Assembly (NCBI GenBank): GCA_035570675.1
Contig: DATMLG010000134.1
Span: 1-21,760, forward strand
Reading direction: 5' to 3'
DNA: 21,760 nt
Origin: Verrucomicrobiia bacterium
Lineage (GTDB): Bacteria > Verrucomicrobiota > Verrucomicrobiia > Limisphaerales > Pedosphaeraceae
The notes beneath the pieces were generated by a model, which saw nothing but the letters and a program-made list of their open reading frames with translations, ran no database searches and was not told the origin of the DNA. This document shows, piece after piece, positions 17,942 to 21,760 of this stretch. A program made the position numbers and the translations under genes. Each line of letters opens with the position of its first letter. Position 1 is the stretch's first letter.

Positions 17942-19750
17942 ATGATGACGATGATTGTGGTGTTTGGGTTGCCGGTCTCCGGCTGGTGGTTCGTGCTGGG
18001 TGCATTGGTGTGCGTCCTGGCTTGCGGGCCGTATCTGTCGGGGATGGTTTTGATCCGGGAGCGGCAGGTGGGAGTGGTCGTCAAACGATTCTCCAGCCGG
18101 TCGCTGGCGCCGGGCCAGTTGATCGCGCTCGCCGGCGAGGCGGGCTACCAAGCGGACACGCTCGCGCCGGGAATCCATTTCGGGTTCTGGCGCTGGCAGT
18201 ATCGAATCATCAAGGCGCCGGTGACGCTGGTGCCGCAGGGTGAAATCGCGCTGGTGGTGGCCGCGGACGGCGTGGCGATACCGTCGGAGCGGATTCTGGG
18301 AAAGGTCGTGGATTGCGACAATTTCCAGGACGCGCGGCGGTTCCTGACGGCGGGCGGCGAGAAGGGCCGGCAGCTTGGCATTCTCACCGCGGGCACGTAT
18401 CGCATCAACACGGCGTTGTTTGATGTGATCACATCGGCGGACGCCGAGGCGCACGGGATGAACGCCGCGTGGCTGGAGTTGCAACGGGTGCAACCGGACC
18501 GCGTGGGAATTGTCACGGCGCTGGACGGACGGCCGATTGAACCGGGCGAAATCGCCGGGCCGCTGATTGCGGACCATGACAACTTCCAGAACGGCCAGGC
18601 CTTTCTGGAGGGCGGCGGGCGGCGCGGATTGCAGGAGCAGATCCTGCTCTCCGGGACGTGGAACCTGAATCCGTGGTTCGCGCAGGTGGAACAGGTGCCG
18701 ATGCTGGAAATCCCGATCGGGCACGTGGGCGTGGTCATCTCGTTTGTGGGGATGGCGCACGAGGACGTAAGCGGCGTGGAGTTCAAGCACGGCGACCTGG
18801 TGAACGTGGGCCACAAGGGCGTCTGGGTGACGCCATTGTATCCGGGCAAGCATCCGGTAAACACGCGTATTATGCGTGTGGAACTGGTGCCGACGACGAA
18901 CATCGTGCTGAACTGGGCATCGCGGACGGAATCGCATAATTATGATGCGAAGCTGTCATCGATCACGGTGCGGTCACGGGACGGGTTCGGGTTCAACCTG
19001 GATGTGGCGCAGATCATCCATGTGGGGGCGTTGGACGCGCCGAAGGTGATCTCGCGGGTGGGTTCGATGCAGAACCTGGTGGACCACGTGCTGCAGCCGA
19101 TTGTGGGAAATTATTTCCGCAATTCGGCGCAGAACCACACGGTGCTGGACTTCCTGAGCGCGCGCAGCGAGCGGCAGACGGAAGCGGCGCAGCACATCCG
19201 GGCCGCATTGGCGGCGTATGACGTGCAGGCGATTGACACGCTGATCGGGGACATCAACCCGCCGGCGACGCTGATGCAGACGCAGACGGACCGCAAGATC
19301 GCGGAAGAGCAGCGCAAGACCTACGAGGTGCAGGAGGCCGCGCAGAAGCAGCGGCAGCAACTCGTGCGCGAGACGGCGGTGGCGGACATCCAGCAGCAAG
19401 TCGTGGGCGCGGAGCAGGGCGTGAACATCGCCGAGCTCCAGGCGGGCGCGCACATCAAGCAGGCGACCGGCGAGGCGGAATCGATCCGGTTGCGGGCAAT
19501 GGGCGAGGCCGAGGCCATCCGGGCCACGGGCGCGGCGAAGGCGGAAGCCTACCGCGCGGGCGTGGAAGCGATCGGGTCGCAGGGCTACACGATGCTGCAG
19601 ATGATGCAGGTCGTGGGCGAGCGGAACGTGCGGATTGTGCCGGATGTATCGGTGAGCGGCACGGGCAGCGGGAACGGCCTGCTGGACGGGATGCTCGGGC
19701 TGATGGTGCGCGAGCAGACCGCGGTGAAACCCGCGGACGTTAAAACGTGA
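17942..19750 (+). CDS. Flotillin-like SPFH/band-7 family membrane protein (YqiK-like)
   Basis: 602 aa. N-terminal TM helix, an SPFH-like domain with an internally duplicated motif (DNFQDARRFLTAGGEKGRQLGILTAGTYRINTALF / DNFQNGQAFLEGGGRRGLQEQILLSGTWNLNPWF), and a C-terminal Ala/Glu-rich coiled coil (AEAEA-type flotillin repeats). AGGAGA RBS upstream. Confidence 0.82.
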   Translation: MMTMIVVFGLPVSGWWFVLGALVCVLACGPYLSGMVLIRERQVGVVVKRFSSRSLAPGQLIALAGEAGYQADTLAPGIHFGFWRWQYRIIKAPVTLVPQGEIALVVAADGVAIPSERILGKVVDCDNFQDARRFLTAGGEKGRQLGILTAGTYRINTALFDVITSADAEAHGMNAAWLELQRVQPDRVGIVTALDGRPIEPGEIAGPLIADHDNFQNGQAFLEGGGRRGLQEQILLSGTWNLNPWFAQVEQVPMLEIPIGHVGVVISFVGMAHEDVSGVEFKHGDLVNVGHKGVWVTPLYPGKHPVNTRIMRVELVPTTNIVLNWASRTESHNYDAKLSSITVRSRDGFGFNLDVAQIIHVGALDAPKVISRVGSMQNLVDHVLQPIVGNYFRNSAQNHTVLDFLSARSERQTEAAQHIRAALAAYDVQAIDTLIGDINPPATLMQTQTDRKIAEEQRKTYEVQEAAQKQRQQLVRETAVADIQQQVVGAEQGVNIAELQAGAHIKQATGEAESIRLRAMGEAEAIRATGAAKAEAYRAGVEAIGSQGYTMLQMMQVVGERNVRIVPDVSVSGTGSGNGLLDGMLGLMVREQTAVKPADVKT

Positions 19751-19771
19751 AATGTTAAAACGGAAACACCG

Positions 19772-19807
19772 GCGGCGTCTCAGAAATGGGATGCCGCCCT
19801 TTTTCGT
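19772..19807 (+). terminator. Candidate intrinsic terminator of the flotillin gene
   Basis: ggcggcgtc-(10-nt loop)-gatgccgcc stem (9 bp with one G-U), then CTTTTTCG. Located 22 nt after the stop codon. Confidence 0.5.
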
Positions 19808-20238
19808 TAAAAACAAAGGAGTGACGACGCCAAGACGACAACCACGGATGGACAAGGACTGCCCGGATGAACCGAAAACTTGGAGCGAATTGAACCTGTC
19901 GGGCTCTAGTGGTTTGACAAAAGGCGGATGTTTGGTAGCTTTGGTGGTGTGAATGAGGAAGAGGCCATCAAACGCTGCGCGGAGGCGCCATCGAGGGATC
20001 CGCATGACACGCCCGCGTAGTGAGGTTCGGGAATTCAACTGCGCGAGCTCCAGCAGCGGAAGCCGCTGTCATTGTCACCGTTGATTACTCTTCGATAGTC
20101 GCCGCGATGCGAGAGAGGGCTTTAGAAGAATTTGACAAATGGCAGGACGTGGCCGAGAATAAGGGCGCGGTGACGGTGTTGGTAAGGAGGACGACCTGAT
20201 TGTTTTGGTCGTAACAGACAATCTAAATATGATGAATT

Positions 20239-20261
20239 GCGAGCAGGCGGAGCCTGCACCC
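20239..20261. repeat. Palindromic motif copy (GCGAGCAGGCGGAGCCTGCACCC)
   Basis: Hairpin gcaggc-gga-gcctgc + ACCC. Variant of the 17451 and 20346 copies. Confidence 0.5.
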
Positions 20262-20345
20262 ATTGTGAAAATGCGACTCTTTGATACGCAGAGAAAAACT
20301 GGATTATTTCTCGTGAAGAACGGTCCTTCCGGACTGGCACTAGGC

Positions 20346-20370
20346 GCGAAGGCAAGCAGAGCCTGCACCC
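20346..20370. repeat. Palindromic motif copy (GCGAAGGCAAGCAGAGCCTGCACCC)
   Basis: 24/25 identical to the 17451-17475 copy. Single A/G change in the stem. Confidence 0.55.
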
Positions 20371-20682
20371 CATTTAATTGCGAAATTCGAAGTGCGGAGC
20401 GTGGAATTGCCGACGGGAAGTACACGATAAAACACAATAAAACACGATGGTTGCAGATAATTTATTTTGTGATGCATGCGCGCGTAGGAATTGAGTGCCG
20501 CAACCCCTTCAGGGTAGCGAATCTTTTTTGCCATGTTACCCCGGGTAGGCTCTGTCCTAGCGGACCGCCACCAAATCGAGCCAACCCGGGGCTGAGTGAT
20601 ACAATCCCTTCGGGATTGAAGATGTTCCGCCGGGCCATAATCTTAGTCGACTGCCAAGAGCGGACGCGTGGTCGCAAGTATC

Positions 20683-20761
20683 TGATTTCTCGCCAGTTAG
20701 GGTCATTTTTCACGTTTTTCACCCCATTTCTCAGCCACAAGGGTTTGATTTCTCGCCGGTT
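20683..20761. repeat. 17-bp direct repeat TGATTTCTCGCC(A/G)GTTA x2 (20683-20699 and 20745-20761) in non-coding DNA
   Basis: 16/17 identity, 45-bp spacer. The second copy sits inside the inverted repeat tttctc...gagaaa. Confidence 0.4.
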
Positions 20762-20934
20762 ACAGAGAAATGCCCTAAATTTTTTTTAGGATGGAAAATA
20801 AAATGCAAAAAGGCCAAAAAGCCCGGATTTATTGGGGCATCAAGGGGCCATGAACTCGGGAATGCTGAAATATCTCAGATGGAAAATGGAAAAATTGGGT
20901 TGGATTGGAGCGGAGAAGCGGCGTTTAATGGGAC

Positions 20935-20963
20935 TTGACCAGCGGTACCTGACTTGCTATGGT
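20935..20963 (+). promoter_or_regulatory. Candidate sigma-70-type promoter for the ilv leader (TTGACC-17 bp-TATGGT)
   Basis: -35 TTGACC 20935-20940, 17-bp spacer, -10 TATGGT 20958-20963. The predicted transcript start at ~20970-20971 would make the leader peptide mRNA leaderless (AUG 20971). Confidence 0.3.
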
Positions 20964-20970
20964 TCGGGGC

Positions 20971-21048
20971 ATGATATTGAATGTTCGGCAAGTTGTACTG
21001 GTAGTCGTCGCCGTTACCGGCGCCGGCACTGGGGCTTGTCGAAGCTGA
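20971..21048 (+). CDS. Val-rich ilv leader peptide ([25 protein letters not shown])
   Basis: 25-codon ORF with 7 Val, 2 Leu and 1 Ile, including the run VVLVVVAV. Ends 20 nt before a strong intrinsic terminator and ~90 nt before ilvB. Alternative in-frame ATG at 20959 (MVRGM...). Confidence 0.55.
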   Translation: MILNVRQVVLVVVAVTGAGTGACRS

Positions 21049-21067
21049 ACGAGATTTCGACAAAAAA

Positions 21068-21098
21068 CCCACGGCCGGCAGCGGTCGTGGGTTTTTTT
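21068..21098 (+). terminator. Attenuator terminator upstream of ilvB
   Basis: cccacggcc-ggcagc-ggtcgtggg (9-bp GC-rich stem, one G-U) followed by TTTTTTT, 41 nt before the ilvB ATG. Its 5' arm (21068-21079) can alternatively pair 10/12 with leader segment 21022-21033, giving an antiterminator. Confidence 0.7.
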
Positions 21099-21139
21099 AT
21101 GAACACCCGCGGCTGGCCGGCCATAACCCAGACAAAAAC

Positions 21140-21760
21140 ATGAGCAAGACAATCGAAGCCGCAAAAACAACGACCACCCGGAAACGCGCCGAGCTCGGCC
21201 CCGCCATGAAAGGGAGCGAGATATTGGTCGCGTGCCTTGAGCGCGAGGGCGTGGACACCATTTTCGCCTATCCGGGCGGCGCAAGCATGGAATTTCACCA
21301 GGCGCTGACGAAATCCAAGATACGGACGATTCTGCCGAGGCATGAGCAGGGCGGGGCGTTCGCGGCGGGCGGTTATGCGCGGGCAACGGGCCGCGCGGGT
21401 GTGTGCATGGCGACGAGCGGGCCGGGGGCGACAAATTTGGTGACGGGCATCGCGGACGCGTACATGGATTCGATCCCGCTGGTGGCGGTCACGGGCCAGG
21501 TGCCGCAGGCGATGATTGGCAAGGGCGGGTTCCAGGAGACGGATTTCTTCGGGCTGACGCTGCCGATTGTGAAGCACAGCTATCTGGTGACGGACATCAA
21601 CGACATTCCGCGGGTGGTGAAGGAGGCGTTTTACATCGCGCAATCGGGCCGGCCGGGGCCGGTGGTGATCGATGTGCCGAAGAACATCCAGCAACAGCAG
21701 GCGCAGCCGGTGTTCCCGACAACCATCAATTTGCGCGGCTATGACGCGAGCCCGCGCGCG
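21140..21760 (+). CDS. ilvB: Acetolactate synthase (acetohydroxy-acid synthase) large subunit, N-terminal part (runs off window)
   Basis: Open frame to window end, so not in the ORF track (no stop). MSKTIEAAK...[23 protein letters not shown]...[55 protein letters not shown] matches the ThDP-enzyme AHAS N-terminus. Confidence 0.9.
   Translation, partial: MSKTIEAAKTTTTRKRAELGPAMKGSEILVACLEREGVDTIFAYPGGASMEFHQALTKSKIRTILPRHEQGGAFAAGGYARATGRAGVCMATSGPGATNLVTGIADAYMDSIPLVAVTGQVPQAMIGKGGFQETDFFGLTLPIVKHSYLVTDINDIPRVVKEAFYIAQSGRPGPVVIDVPKNIQQQQAQPVFPTTINLRGYDASPRA

Noticed and set aside
17555-20038. Two long minus-strand ORFs (17555-18937, 460 aa; 18974-20038, 354 aa) overlapping the flotillin gene
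   Set aside because: They are antisense shadow ORFs with Arg/His/Pro-rich, motif-free translations. The plus-strand product is a well-supported SPFH/flotillin protein with RBS and terminator.
20500-20640. Possible tmRNA/tRNA/SRP RNA in the structured non-coding segment (UUCG hairpin, CCACCA string)
   Set aside because: No tRNA-like T-arm (GTTCRANYC) or acceptor stem, no tmRNA tag-ORF context, and no SRP domain IV consensus. Only a 4-nt UUCG loop, not a 7-nt T-loop. Left as unclassified structured RNA candidate.
20205-20789. 194-aa plus-strand ORF in the low-GC intergenic region
   Set aside because: There is no RBS, the amino-acid composition is odd, and it spans the palindromic repeats and hairpins. 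It is best explained as a chance ORF in AT-richer non-coding DNA.

Overview
This is a high-GC (~62-65%) bacterial chromosomal window with mostly housekeeping genes and two lower-GC (~47-50%) islands. The PVC-superphylum or Acidobacteria-like flavour is only a guess from gene content and composition.

Gene order, left to right:
- a partial TPR-protein C-terminus;
- a five-gene plus-strand operon:
  - an 852-aa fusion of a clan GH-A-like glycoside hydrolase domain, a GT2 glycosyltransferase domain and a multi-TM C-terminus;
  - thyA;
  - a compositionally foreign 5-TM membrane protein, start/stop-overlapped (ATGA) with folA;
  - folA;
  - trpS;
- a stand-alone CheY-like response regulator;
- kdsD/kpsF (arabinose-5-P isomerase), convergent with the response regulator;
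- a putative outer-membrane beta-barrel protein;
- deoC (minus strand);
- a 2068-aa thioester-containing (CTEQ) alpha-2-macroglobulin, with an unusual TPR-like N-terminal extension and a C-terminal LysM domain;
- a low-GC island with two small secreted hypothetical proteins bracketed by a ~90-nt direct repeat;
- a ~600-aa flotillin/SPFH (YqiK-like) protein behind a long structured leader;
- a ~1.2-kb low-GC non-coding stretch containing a thrice-repeated palindromic motif and strong hairpins;
- a classical-looking Val-rich leader-peptide transcription attenuator directly upstream of ilvB, which runs off the window end.

No rRNA, tRNA, CRISPR or recognisable transposase was found.
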